From Gekko japonicus (lineage: Eukaryota), in the NCBI RefSeq assembly GCF_001447785.1, contig NW_015165882.1, forward strand, positions 31,705-95,704: a stretch of 64,000 bases of DNA, written 5' to 3'. The translations under genes were made by a program, and so were the position numbers. Under the pieces are notes generated by a model. That model was not told where the DNA came from, ran no database searches, and saw nothing but the letters and a program-made list of their open reading frames with translations. Below are positions 1-11,222 of the stretch, one piece after another (the stretch's first letter is position 1; every line of letters starts with the position of its first letter).

Positions 1-372
1 ATATCATAGCTGTATATATAGGGGTGGCTTGTTAAATTAGCATGCAAAATAGTGAAAACAGACCAAAAGAATGACACGCTCAGTTTCTGGAGATTATCAT
101 CTGTTTTAGTTCAACTGGGTGGGGGGGAAACAACATAGGTAATAAATATGTTAGAACTGGGGGATCGATGTGTCCTAATTTGCGAGAAGCCCGTCTGTTC
201 GCTCTAAGCTGCGGAATCTTGTGAGCAAAAATTCAACCCCATACAAATATGTGGCCTTAGTCAGGGAAGTAAAATGGTGACTAGCACCGAATTGTAAGCC
301 GCTCAGAGACCCCCCTGACAAGGGGGTTCGAGCGGGATATAAAGTTGAATGTTAAATAAATAAATAAATAAA

Positions 373-960
373 AACCAACACATTTTTATCCAACATGTGA
401 GCTTTCGTCTGCGCACACACTTCGTCAGGTGATGAAATAGAATTACATATCATAGCTGTATATATAGGGGTGGCTTGTTAAATTAGCATGCAAAATAGTG
501 AAAACAGACCAAAAGAATGACACGCTCAGTTTCTGGAGATTATCATCTGTTTTAGTTCAACTGGGTGGGGGGGAAACAACATAGGTAATAACTTTACAGC
601 ATCTTGGCTGTGCAGAGTTTTTTCCTTGTCCCCAAATGTTCGATGTTCAAAATAGGAAGCGGCGGCAGGCAGTGAGGCGGTAACACCAGCCTGAATCGCC
701 TCACTGCTTTGACCCCTTAATGGGTCTGGTTTGCAAGACGGGCAAGGAATGACTTCAACAGCTGTTGTCTTAAGAGGTTATTGGTGGGGAGGTGTAGGAG
801 GTGACTCATGGTCAATTGGCTGATGGACTTCTATTTCGGGCAAATGCGAGTCCCTCTTAGTTAAATGTTCACTATGTGACCTCATGTCCATCCTGTAGGT
901 AATTTCCAGCGAAGGAACTAGAAGACTCTGGTGTCAATCTCTCCTCCGTCATGCGTGAGA
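373..960 (-). mobile_element. Penelope-like element fragment with a terminal direct repeat
   Basis: 1-145 is repeated at 447-591. Minimal hammerhead-like motif at 398-428 on the minus strand. Confidence 0.45.
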
Positions 961-1797
961 GAGTACTCTTGGAGTGTAGGGTTGCCAGCCTCCAGGTGGG
1001 ACCTGGGGATCTCCCGCTTTTACAACTGATCTCCAGCAGACAGAGATCAGCTCCCCTGGTGAAAGTGGCTGCTTTGAAGGCTGGACTTTATGGCCTTGTG
1101 CCATGCTGAGGCCCCTCCCCTCCCCAAACCCCGCCCTCTCCCGGGTCTAACCCCAAAGTCTCCAGGTATTTTCTAACCCAGACCTGGCAACCTTACTTGG
1201 AGGTTTTGCTCAAGTCTCCCTCTGAGTCTGCGATCTGCAGTATCTTTATAGCATAAATGACGGTGGAATTCAGGGATGCCAGCCTCCAGGTGGGACCTGG
1301 AGATCCCCCAGAATTACAGCTCATCTCCAGACTACAGAGATCAGTTCCCCTGGAGAAACTGGAGGCTTTGGAGAGTGGACTCTATGGCACATTGTACCCC
1401 ACTGAGGTCCTTGTCCTCTCCAGGCTGCATTCCCAAATTCCCAGGAGTTTCCCAACCTGGATCTGGCAACCCAACACACACCCCATCTCCCAGTAGTCAG
1501 GGGAGACCAGGCAACCCGAGTGGAATTACCTTCAGCAGAGCTTGGTCAGGACGAATTAATTGTAGAGTAGGAAGCCTCAGACGTGTCCAGGAAACTGAGC
1601 CAGGCCTCTGCATGAGGATGAATGGAATGATTCAACTGCGGCCAGTGCAGCGGCGGAGGCCAGAACAGTGACTCACACATAGGCATAACGGGCATCCTCT
1701 ACAGACGGGATGCTTGGGTCTCTTGGATTACACATTAATCTCTTGAAGGGCACTGCCAGTTCAGGAATTATACAGGGCAGTAAAAATGCCAGATAAC

Positions 1798-2205
1798 CAG
1801 GGGTCATTTCCTGCAGGAGTGCACAGGAGCGGAGCTCCGGCAGTAAAGAGCCCAGGGGGCGGGCACGTGCAACAAGCCCCACCCCCTGCTCCCAGCAGCC
1901 CTCAGTCAGAGCAAGAAGCAGCCAGGTAAGTTGCAGAGCTCCCCCCGCCCCGGCCCCCCGGTCCAAAACAGTCCAGTGGTGCCTTTAAGACCAAGTTTTA
2001 TTCAGGTACAAGCTCTCCCTCCTCTGCGAGGACAGATCTGCACGTTCCCCCCCCCCCAATAGCTAGCAATCCAACACAGTCCAGTGGAGCCTGAGCGGTG
2101 GGTGTTGCCTTCTGACACACTTCCAGTGATGTCAGGGGGTGTGTCATATGCAAATAAGTCATGCTAATGAGTTCCTGCACCTCTTTTTCCACGAAATGAC
2201 CCCTG
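1798..2205. mobile_element. hAT-type MITE family B (TIR CAGGGGTCATTT)
   Basis: TIRs with 8-bp TSD cagataac/caggtaac. Confidence 0.75.
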
Positions 2206-2605
2206 CAGGTAACACACAGCTTGTCTTTCGGGCTTCATAGCCCTTTGTGGCATTCAGTCTGGTCAGGCCAACATAACTACAGCCAGGGAGCAATCTGAAA
2301 AGTAAATTTCTGAGGCTACCTTTCCAGCAGCCGTGTATAAGGAGATCGTACATACGGTACCGCATAATACTGACAAGGGCAGACCCTACTTAGCTTGCGA
2401 GATCTGACGCGATTGGGCTAGCCTGGGCTATCTAGGTAAGGACAAGGTGGGCTAGAAACATGGTTTAAAAAATGGTGTGTTATAAAGATAATAAAAAATT
2501 AAAAAAATAGAAGAGTTGGTTTAGTTTTTATACCCCGCTTTTCACTACCTGAAGGAGTCCCAGAGCTGCTTACGATCACCTTCCCAGTTTGGTGTAGTTG
2601 TTAAG

Positions 2606-3278
2606 TAAAGGTAAAGGTTCCCTTGCTCGAAAGCCAGTCGAATCTGACTCTNNNNNNNNNNNNNNNNNNNNNNNNNNNNNNNNNNNNNNNNNNNNNNNNN
2701 NNNNNNNNNNNNNNNNNNNNNNNNNNNNNNNNNNNNNNNNNNNNNNNNNNNNNNNNNNNNNNNNNNNNNNNNNNNNNNAAGGATCACATATTTACAATCT
2801 CTTTTAACCAGTATGGGTGTTTGTTCTGATGCTCTTAAGGTGAATAGACTTTTAAGAGATCTCTGCCCGGATATTGCAGAGAAGGTGGCTAAGTTTCTCT
2901 GTTTGGCTTTAAAGCTGCGCCAAAGGTTCTTTTAGAATTCTTATATATGTGCTTTTAACTGGTTTTAAATGTATAAATGGTTCTGATAATTTATGCCAAT
3001 AAAGGCTCACTTGACTTGACTTAACTTGACATTTCCGTGGTCATGTGGCCGGCGTGACTAAACACCAAGGCGCACGGAACGCTGTTACCTTCCCACTGAA
3101 GTGGTACCTATTTATCTACTTGCAATTTCTTGCTTTCGAACTGCTAGGTTGGCAGGAGCTGGAAATAGAGACGGGAGCTCACTCCGTCATGCGGCACACT
3201 CGGGTCTCGAACTGCTGAACTACCGACCTTCCACAGCCTGCAGTTCAGCATCTTAACCACTTGAGCCACCGCAGCTCC
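2606..3278 (-). mobile_element. Sauria SINE (interrupted by a gap and other sequence) inserted into the head of a Squam3-like SINE
   Basis: Same family as 20640-20968; flanked by a duplicated tagtggttaagt-like target. Confidence 0.6.
2652..2778. other. Assembly gap (others at 33747-33767, 45766-45950, 47487-47566, 59698-59712)
   Basis: Runs of N. Confidence 1.
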
Positions 3279-3780
3279 TTAGTGGTTAAGTGCGCGGATT
3301 CTAATCTGGGAGAACCGGTTTCGATTCCCCACTCCTCCACTTGCACCCGCTGGATGACCTTGGGCAAGCCCTCGTTCTGTCAGAGCTGTTCTCTCAAGGA
3401 CAGTTCTGGAAAGAGCTCTCTCAGCCCCACCTACCTCACAGGGAGTCTGTTGTGGGGAAGGGAAGGGAAAGGAAAGGAGATTGTAAGACACTCTGAGACT
3501 CTGAGTGAAGGGCGGGGTATAAATCCAATCTCCTCTTCTTCTACTCTTCCCTTCTTCTCCCCACAACAGACACCCTGTGAGGTAGTTAGGGCTGAGAGAG
3601 CCCAGAGAGGACTGTGACTGACCCAAGGTCACCCAGCTGGTTTCATGCGGAGGAGTGGGGAATCAAACCCGGTTCTCCAGATTAGAGTCCACCACTCTTA
3701 ACCGCTACACCACACTGGCAAATAACCCTGGGCAGCTACCATACTGAGCTTGGTGGATGTTTGATCTGATTCAGTATAAG

Positions 3781-4187
3781 CAGGGGTCATTTCCTGCAGG
3801 AGCGCACAGGAGCGGAGCTCCGGCAGTAAGGAGCCCAGGGGGCGGGCACATGCAACAAGCCCCACCCCCTGCTCCCAGCAGCCCTCAGTCAGATCAAGAA
3901 GCAGCCAGGTAAGTTGCAGAGCCCTCCCCCCTGGCCCCCAAGTGCAAAACAGTCCAGTGGCACCTTTAAGACCAAGTTTTATTCAGGTACAAGTTCTCCC
4001 TCCTCTGCGAGGACAGATCTGCATGTCTCCCCCCCCCCCAATAGCTAGCAATCCAAAACAGTCCAGTGGAGCCTGAGTGGTGGGTGTTGCCTTCTGACAC
4101 ACTTTCAGTGATGTCAGGGGGTGTGGCATATGCAAATAAGTTATGCCAATGAGCTCCTGGACCTCTTTTTCTACGAAATGACCCCTG
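3781..4187. mobile_element. hAT-type MITE family B
   Basis: TIRs with perfect 8-bp TSD agtataag. Confidence 0.85.
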
Positions 4188-4477
4188 AGTATAAGGCCAT
4201 TTGGGTTGTACTATAACCATGCCTCCAACTCTGACTTAACAAAAGAAAGTCACTGGGCCATCACTGGACTCTAACTTCGTTCTACTGCTGACCACCTCGG
4301 CCACCAAAAGTTAGACTGGATTAGCTTCCCTCCCTCCCTGAAGTTCCTTTGCGGCCCGACGTCTATCTGACGTAGCTCGGTCTGTTTACCAGCAGCCACC
4401 TCATTCCAGGCCAGCTGTCCCCGGATTCTATTTCTGCGGGGATGAGTTCGGTCCTAATAATAAACCAACCACAGGCC

Positions 4478-4653
4478 GAAGCTCTGAGAAGAGAGACGAA
4501 AATTCGCACGGCTGTATCTCATTGCGCCCGTTCGGGAAACTGAGGGACCGAAACGGCAAGTCTGTGCGCTGAGTTAAATGCATTTTTAGGTCGCCTCATC
4601 AGGAAGTAAATATTTCCCCCTGGGCAGGGTCTGTGAGGAGCACGCGCATAAAA
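4478..4653 (+). promoter_or_regulatory. Heat-shock elements and TATA-like box of HSP30 copy 1
   Basis: GAA at 4478, 4488 and 4498 (10-bp phasing), ending in GAAaaTTC at 4498-4505. TTCggGAA at 4531-4538. CATAAAA at 4647. Confidence 0.6.
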
Positions 4654-4778
4654 GCCCAACGGCTTCCCAAGGCAGGGCAAAGCAAGCCTCAGCCAACACA
4701 GACGGGACTCCACGAGGCCTGGAACCACTTGGAGGAGGACCACCACACCTTCTCGCCGCCCCCCCCCGCAAGCCCAAG

Positions 4779-5309
4779 ATGTTGTGCCGCTTGCATCTGA
4801 CCGCGCCACGCAGCCCTTTGAGCAGCCGCACCCTGTGGCCCAGCCCGGGCTCACTGTTTGAGGAACTGGAGCGAGAGATGGATGCCATCTGGGAGCGGCT
4901 GAGGAGCAACTGGCCGTCTGCGACGAGCAGCCACGAGACGGCCCGTCGGACAGATGCGGAGAGCCCCGCCGGACGGTTTGCGGTGACCCAAGACATGGCT
5001 GGATTCGACCCCAAGGAGTTAGTGGTCAAACTGGTTGGGGAGAAGCTGGTGCTCACGGGGAAGAAGGCCACGCAGACACCCAACGGCCCCTTCCGCTATG
5101 AGCTGTTCCGGAGGGAATGGGATGTGCCCGAGAACGTGGACCGCGAACATCTAACCTGCTCGATTTCTAGTGAGGGGCAGCTGCGCATTGAAGCCCCTTC
5201 CGTGGCGTCAGAACCCGCCATGAGAACAGTGCCCATTGACGTCAGTCGGCTGGAGGACAGTGCCGGGGCCGAGTCAGGGGGCACAGAAGACCCCAGGGCC
5301 AAAGCTTGA
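4779..5309 (+). CDS. HSP30-type small heat-shock protein, intronless, 176 aa (copy 1)
   Basis: Alpha-crystallin domain (FAVTQDMAGFDPKELVVKLVGEKLVLTGKK...FRREWDVPENVD...CSISSEGQLRIEAP) and C-terminal IXI-type motif VPI. The N-terminus MLCRLHL...RTLWP resembles avian HSP25/HSP30 proteins. TATA-like CATAAAA at 4647-4653; AATAAA at 5387-5392. Confidence 0.9.
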   Translation: MLCRLHLTAPRSPLSSRTLWPSPGSLFEELEREMDAIWERLRSNWPSATSSHETARRTDAESPAGRFAVTQDMAGFDPKELVVKLVGEKLVLTGKKATQTPNGPFRYELFRREWDVPENVDREHLTCSISSEGQLRIEAPSVASEPAMRTVPIDVSRLEDSAGAESGGTEDPRAKA

Positions 5310-6927
5310 GAGACTGAATGGGGGAAAAGACTTTTTAAACGTGACAAGAAAATGTAGCTTGAGACTACTGACTGATATGTTGTACCAATAAATATTATTT
5401 TAATAGGATGTTGTGTGTGTTTGCGGTGAATTCAGAGATGGAAAACAGGTAGGGAGGGGGATATATCTGGGATGTGAACAAATTCAGTTGGTGAAAGGCA
5501 GAATTTCTTCCATGGGGCGCAAGGGGAAGAATGTTAGCGTGCCATGAGAAAAATTAATGTCTCCTAGAAGTTCAGCACACTGACCTACAGAGGAAGCAGC
5601 CTGCTGCCTCTCGGGTTGATTTACTTGACCTGGCCACCCTCCGATCAGCCAGCCTTCGGTAATTTTGGCATGTCTTTGTATTGGATGGGAAAGGATCGTT
5701 CAATTTCTCCCAATGCAGAGATGCAGCACAGTGACTTTCTGTCCCAGAGGTTGTCTGTTGAATCTCTGCATGAGTATACTAATGTAAGAAAAAGCCTGCG
5801 GTTTCATATGTTGGTTACCGAAAATGCTGGTTCTGTTCCGACTCTGCCAAGAAGGGACAGGGAAATGTTTTCCCTCACAGCGCTAGAACTATGAACACCG
5901 CATGAAATTGCTTGGCAGAGAATTCAGGACAACTAAAAAGATGGGGTTCCCCCCCCCCCCAATGTGTAACTTTCTTATGGAGCTCCTGTCACATGGTAAC
6001 AGTTACCAACCTCAATGGCTTTGGAAAAGATTTTGAAAATGCACAGATAAGTCTATTGATGGCTATTAAGCTCTATAACTAAATGGAACCTCCATGTACA
6101 GAGACAGTATCGTTGGAGCAGATTCTGGGAATAAAGAGAAGCAGTGTGGCGGTATGGTTAGACCCAGGTTCGAATCCCCATTCCACTGGGGGAATTTGCT
6201 GAGTGACCTTGGATAAAGTGGAAAGAGAGGAGAACGCCGAAGGCTTTTTTGGATCTCCATTATGGAGAAAGGTGAGGTAGAAATGAAGTAAATACCCACC
6301 AAGGGCAGGCTCGGAGGTGTCTGAGGTAATGAAGAAAACAGAATACTAGACTCAGCGTGTTGAAATTTGCCTGACAGGGCATGAAGGAAAAATTCACGGG
6401 TCCACTGCTTGTACAGATCTTTTCAAAATTAAGCCTTGTCTGTCTTTGTTTTCTCAGCTGGGCTTTTCAGGTTTTGAAACCTTTCCCTCGTTTGGCCGCT
6501 TGGGGGTGTTTGAGGGAAAGGCGGAGGGATTTTGCCTTCCGTGACTGTGCATATTTTGGGATCAGCTAAGGCATGACTGACTCAACCTTGGAAATGATGC
6601 AAGGCGCTGAAATGATCCAGCGTTGGCCTTCTTCCAGAGGGGGCGGGGCACCTGCGTTAATCTGCAGAGCCAAAATAATAAGACCGTAGGGACGCCATCT
6701 TCCAGGTGGGGCCTGGAGACCTCCCAGAATTACAGCTTATCTCCAGACAGCAGTTTCCCCTGGAGGAAATGGCTGCTTTGCAGGGCAGACTGTGTGGCAT
6801 TATACCCCACTGAGACCCCGCACCTTGCCATACCCTCCCCAGCTCCACCTGTTCCCTAGATCTCCCTGGAGCTGGCAGCCCTTATCCTATTATCCATTTG
6901 ATAAGCCTTTCTAAGTTGCCGCACAAC

Positions 6928-7392
6928 CAGGGGTCATTTCCTGCAGGAGCGCACAGGAGCAGAGCTCCGGCAGTAAGGAGCCCAGGGGGGCGGGCACATG
7001 CAACAAGCCCCACCCCCTGCTCCCAGCAGCCCTCAGTCAGAGCCAGAAGCAGCCAGGTAAGTTGCAGAGGGGCCCCCCGGCCCGCCTTCAGGTACAAGCT
7101 CTCCCTCCTCTGTGAGGGCAGATCTGCATGTCGTCCCCCCCATAGCTAGCAATGCAAAACAGTCCAGTGGCACCTTTAAGACCAAGTTTTATTCAGGTAC
7201 AAGCTCTCCCTCCTCTGTGAGGACAGATCTGCATAATCCCCTAGCATACCTAGCAATCCAAAACAGTCCAGTGGAGCCTGAGTGGTGGGTGTTGCTTTCT
7301 GACACGCTTCTGGTGACGTCAGGGGGCGTGGCATATGCAAATAAGTTATGCAAATGAGCTCCTGCACCTCTTTTTCTACGAAATGACCCCTG
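6928..7392. mobile_element. hAT-type MITE family B
   Basis: TIRs with TSD cgcacaac/tgcacaac. Confidence 0.8.
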
Positions 7393-8988
7393 TGCACAAC
7401 TTATTGTTGTTTTATTAAAGATTATTATAGGGTTGGTTGCTAACTCTATATTGGGAGGTTCCTGGAAATATGGGGCAGAGGATGGGGACAATAGAGTTGG
7501 GGAGGGGACGCAACTCAGCAGGGATATGATGAAGCCGAGTCGACCCTCTGAAGCTGCCATTTTCTCCAGGAAAACTGATCTCTGTAGCTTGAAGAATCAT
7601 AGAGTTGGAAGGGACCTCCATGGTCATCTAGTCCAACCCCTTGCACAATGCAGGAAATTCACAAAAAACTTTTCCCCCCCCCACGCCCCCAGAGTGAACT
7701 AAGCTCTGAGTTTTAGGTGATAATGGTTATCATTATCATATCAGAGCAGTTGTAGTTCTAGGAGAACTCCAGGTCCCAACACATTTACATTTTAACCCCT
7801 CCTGTTCCAGCTCTGGCCTGGTAAATTCCTGAGGATTTGAGGATGGTACCAGAAAAGGACAGGGATCTCACTGGGGTCATAGAGTCCACACTACAAAGTT
7901 GCCCTTTTTGTCCAGGAGGACGGATCTCTGTAGTCTGGAAATCAGTTGTAATTCTGGGACAACTCCAAGCCGCATCTGGAAGTTAGTAACCCTAACCACC
8001 CTTCCATACGGTCCCATGATGGCTGAACAGAACCTCCAGATGAAGGGGCAGTCTACCAATAAATACCAGTGGCTGAGGGGACAACAGCAGAGGGAGGTTT
8101 GGCTGCACTGGCCCTCCTAACAGGCTTTTCAGTGTTTTTGGTTGGCCACTGTGGGAAACAGGATGCCGAGTGAGAGTTGCCTGTGGTGTCATAATGTGTC
8201 AGACTAGTACATAAGGTTGCTAACTCCAGGTTGGGAAATTCCTGCAGATCTGAGCGTGTAGCGGGGTATAATGCTATACGGGTGGCCCTCCAAAGCAGCT
8301 TTTTTTTTCCATTGGAAGAGATCTCTGTAGTCTGGAGCTCAGTTTTAACTCCAGGACACCTCCAGGCCCTACCTGGAGGCTGGCAAGGCAGCGCTGAGAG
8401 AGCTGCGTTCCAATTCCTACTCTGACATGAAGCTCACTGAATAACTTCTTTGGTCCAGGCCTCGTTTCTCTCAGCCTAACATACCTCACAGGACCGTTGT
8501 TAGGATACTCAGTTTTAACTCCAGGACACCTCCAAGCCCTACCTGGAGGCTGGCAAGGCAGCGCTGAGAGAGCTGCGTTCCAATTCCTACTCTGACATGA
8601 AGCTCACTGAAAAACTTCTTTGGCCCAGGCCTAGTTTCTCTCAGCCTAACATACCTCACAGGACCGTTGTTAGGATAGAAGAAGGAGATTAGATTTATAC
8701 CCCGCCCTTCACTACCCAAAGGAGTCTCAGAGTGGCTTACAAACTTCTTTCCAAGGACTTCCTTTTATCTGTTCTAACTCGACTTTAACCTCTCTTCATA
8801 GGGAAAGTGTTCCAACCCTTTTATCATTCTAGTTGCCGTTTTCTGCACTTTTCCCAATGCTATAATATCCTTTTTGAGGTGTGGTGACCAAAACATGAAT
8901 GCAGGCTTTAGAAATCCGCTACCACCAGCTGCGAGAGGGCAACTCCGCTGTTATCTGATTTCCCTTGTCCCCTGACCGTGAATAATCA

Positions 8989-9267
8989 GATTATTCTGGA
9001 AGCTGCTAGAGAATACACGTTATTTCCTGCTTTCTCTGCGCTCGTGGTTCAGTGAGAGGCGGAGGGGCCTTTCAGGTCTTCCCCGAAGCAGAAGGGTGTC
9101 CGGGGTCTTCCTCGATCCTTCCAGAACGGCCTCCTCCTTTCCAGCCGCGCTGGGAAAACTCCAGGCCCGGCGGAGCGCCTGTTACAGGCCGTTGCGTCAT
9201 CTTTGACACGGTGCCGAGGTCTTCCCCTCAGCTGTTTGTGGGCGGGGTGACTGAGGGAGTTATAAAA
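8989..9267 (+). promoter_or_regulatory. Heat-shock elements, GC box and TATA box of HSP30 copy 2
   Basis: GATtaTTCtgGAA at 8989-9001, GATccTTCcaGAA at 9114-9126, GGGCGG near 9240, TATAAAA at 9261. Confidence 0.6.
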
Positions 9268-9350
9268 GGCCGGCACAGTTTCTGAGCCAGCCAGAAAGGC
9301 GAGACGAGACGCAAGTGAAGGATTTTTCCCCTCAGCAGTGCCGCATCGCC

Positions 9351-10013
9351 ATGGCGAGCTACAGCCGTCTCTTGCTGCGGATGCTCCCCCTGCGTCGGTG
9401 GCCGTTGCACGGCCTGGGCCCTGTCTGGCTCAGCGATCCCCAGCCGGCCTGCAGGGTCCTGTGGCCGTCCAGCCACAACCTCATGGACCGAGTCGTGGCC
9501 GACGTAGAGAGGCAGATGCAAGACATGGAGAAGATGACCCGGGCCTTCTTCCAGGCCTCCCCGCTTCTGACGTGGGAGCGTGAGAGCCAGAGGGAGCCAC
9601 GCGAGGAGAGTGCCACGGAGGCTGCTGTGAAGGGGCAACCAGACGGGAAGCACTCCTTCTCCGTGGACGTGACAGGCTTTTCCCCAGAGGAGATGACGGT
9701 GAAGCTGGACGGCAGAAAAGTCACGGTGACTGCCAAGCGCCAGAGGGAGAGCCAAAGCGAGGGGGGCAGCTACTGGCAAGAACACCAAGAGCTGCGGCGG
9801 GAGACCCTCCTTCCGCTCGACGTGGACCTCCAGGCCGTCTCGTGCTCTTTGACCCCGGACGGGCAGCTGTGCATCGAGGCACCACGCTTGGCTTCTTCTG
9901 CGACCACGGAGAAGGCCATCCCGATTGATGTCCAGTCTGAGGCACAAAAGGGGCCCAGTGGGGAAGAGAAAGAGCTGGGGGGCAGCGATGGGGCCAAGGC
10001 AAAGGAGACCTGA
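9351..10013 (+). CDS. HSP30-type small heat-shock protein, intronless, 220 aa (copy 2)
   Basis: ATG in strong Kozak context (gccATGG) at 9351; the ORF-track start at 9315 is a GTG. LWP motif, alpha-crystallin domain (FSVDVTGFSPEEMTVKLDGRKVTV...LRRETLLP...CSLTPDGQLCIEAP) and IPI motif. TATAAAA at 9261-9267; AATAAA at 10200-10205. Confidence 0.9.
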   Translation: MASYSRLLLRMLPLRRWPLHGLGPVWLSDPQPACRVLWPSSHNLMDRVVADVERQMQDMEKMTRAFFQASPLLTWERESQREPREESATEAAVKGQPDGKHSFSVDVTGFSPEEMTVKLDGRKVTVTAKRQRESQSEGGSYWQEHQELRRETLLPLDVDLQAVSCSLTPDGQLCIEAPRLASSATTEKAIPIDVQSEAQKGPSGEEKELGGSDGAKAKET

Positions 10014-10680
10014 AATCCGCCCCGATAACCGCAGAACACCCTCCCACTGCATGGAAAACCAACGCCGCAGTGGCAGAAGACAACTGTAGACAAGACTTCA
10101 CATGCCCTGGGGGACTTGGTTTCTGACCTGTCAGCCGTTTGGCCTCTATTCCTTAACCAAGGCTAGGCCCGGCCCATAATGAATTCTTGCCCTTTGTGCA
10201 ATAAACCGTTTATTTTTCCAGAATAATCTGCATGTGGTTGGATTTTTGTGTGTGGAGCTTTTTTCTCCAATTGGAATCGGGGGCGGGAGGTGGGGGGTGG
10301 GAGTGGAAGACCCAGAGAAAATGTGTGTGTTAAGAGGTGGGCGGGATGGAATTTACCGGACTGGATGAATGGGAGGCTGTACTTTATAACTGCTGTGGAG
10401 TCCTGGAAGCGGTTCATTGGATAGTAGCCTACCTCACAGGGTCGTCGTGAGGCTTAAACGGAAGAGAGCAGCTGTGCGCATTGTCCTGAGCGCCCCAGGG
10501 GACCCATGCTCTGATCCCATCCTGTAATGTGCCTTATACCATCAGTGTAATGCGCCTTATGCAAAGCTGCCTTTGAAAACCATCCGGAAACTTCAGCTGG
10601 ACTAAAACACAGCAGCCAGATTATTTTTATGGACTTGATCTGGGGATCGCATCAGCCCTGTGTGGAAAGGTCTGTGCTGA

Positions 10681-10958
10681 GAGCCAGTTTGGTGTAGTGG
10701 TTAAGTGTGCGGACTCTCATCTGGGAGAACCGGGTTTGATTCCCCACTCCTCCACTTGCACCTCGCTGGATGACCTTGGGCCATAGTTCTGTCAGAGCTG
10801 TTCTCTCAAGGGTAGTCCTCGAGAGAGCTCTCTCAGCCCCACCTACTTCACAGGGTGTCTGTTGTGGGGAGGGGAAGGGAAGGGAGTTTGTAAACCGTTC
10901 TAAGACACCTTTGGGTAGTGAAGGGCGGGGTATAAATCCAATCTCTTCTCTTCTTCTT
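10681..10958 (+). mobile_element. tRNA-derived MIR/Squam3-like SINE, representative copy
   Basis: A/B-box head, L2-like tail and (TCT)n end. About 18 copies, e.g. near 3279, 3546, 12010, 16258, 18115, 23717, 24166, 24686, 28124, 36083, 44869, 45445, 45951, 53245, 54505, 58774 and 62288. Confidence 0.8.
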
Positions 10959-11015
10959 CATCTGTTTCCAGGCAAGATTCAAAGCACTGCTTTATTCCGG
11001 GGCTTGGGACTGGAC

Positions 11016-11222
11016 CAGTATTCTCTCTAAGCTGAGTTAGTGTGAGCTAGCTCACAGTTTTTTAGCCTCCAGCTCACAGATTTTTGTCTTGGCTCAGGAA
11101 GGAGGGCTCCAAGAGCAAACTAATTGAGGCGGCAGCCAAATCGCTCGGTCAAAACTTTAATGCCACGAGCTCCCAAAGTAGAATTTTTGCTCACGAGACT
11201 CCACAGCTTAGAGGGAGCACTG
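11016..11222. mobile_element. hAT-type MITE family A (about 207 bp, TIR CAGTGTTCCCTCTAAGCTG), representative copy
   Basis: Perfect TSD gactggac. About 20 related copies, e.g. near 12544, 14598, 15988, 17184, 17755, 19603, 22660, 27032, 33311, 41251, 43096, 43574, 50289, 53543, 56949, 57163 and 62089. Confidence 0.85.

Noticed and set aside
9315-9350. ORF-track start for HSP30 copy 2
   Set aside because: It is a GTG in the 5' UTR; the first ATG, with strong Kozak context, is at 9351.
9228-10052. 274-aa antisense ORF
   Set aside because: Shadow of the GC-rich HSP30 coding strand with no recognisable domain.
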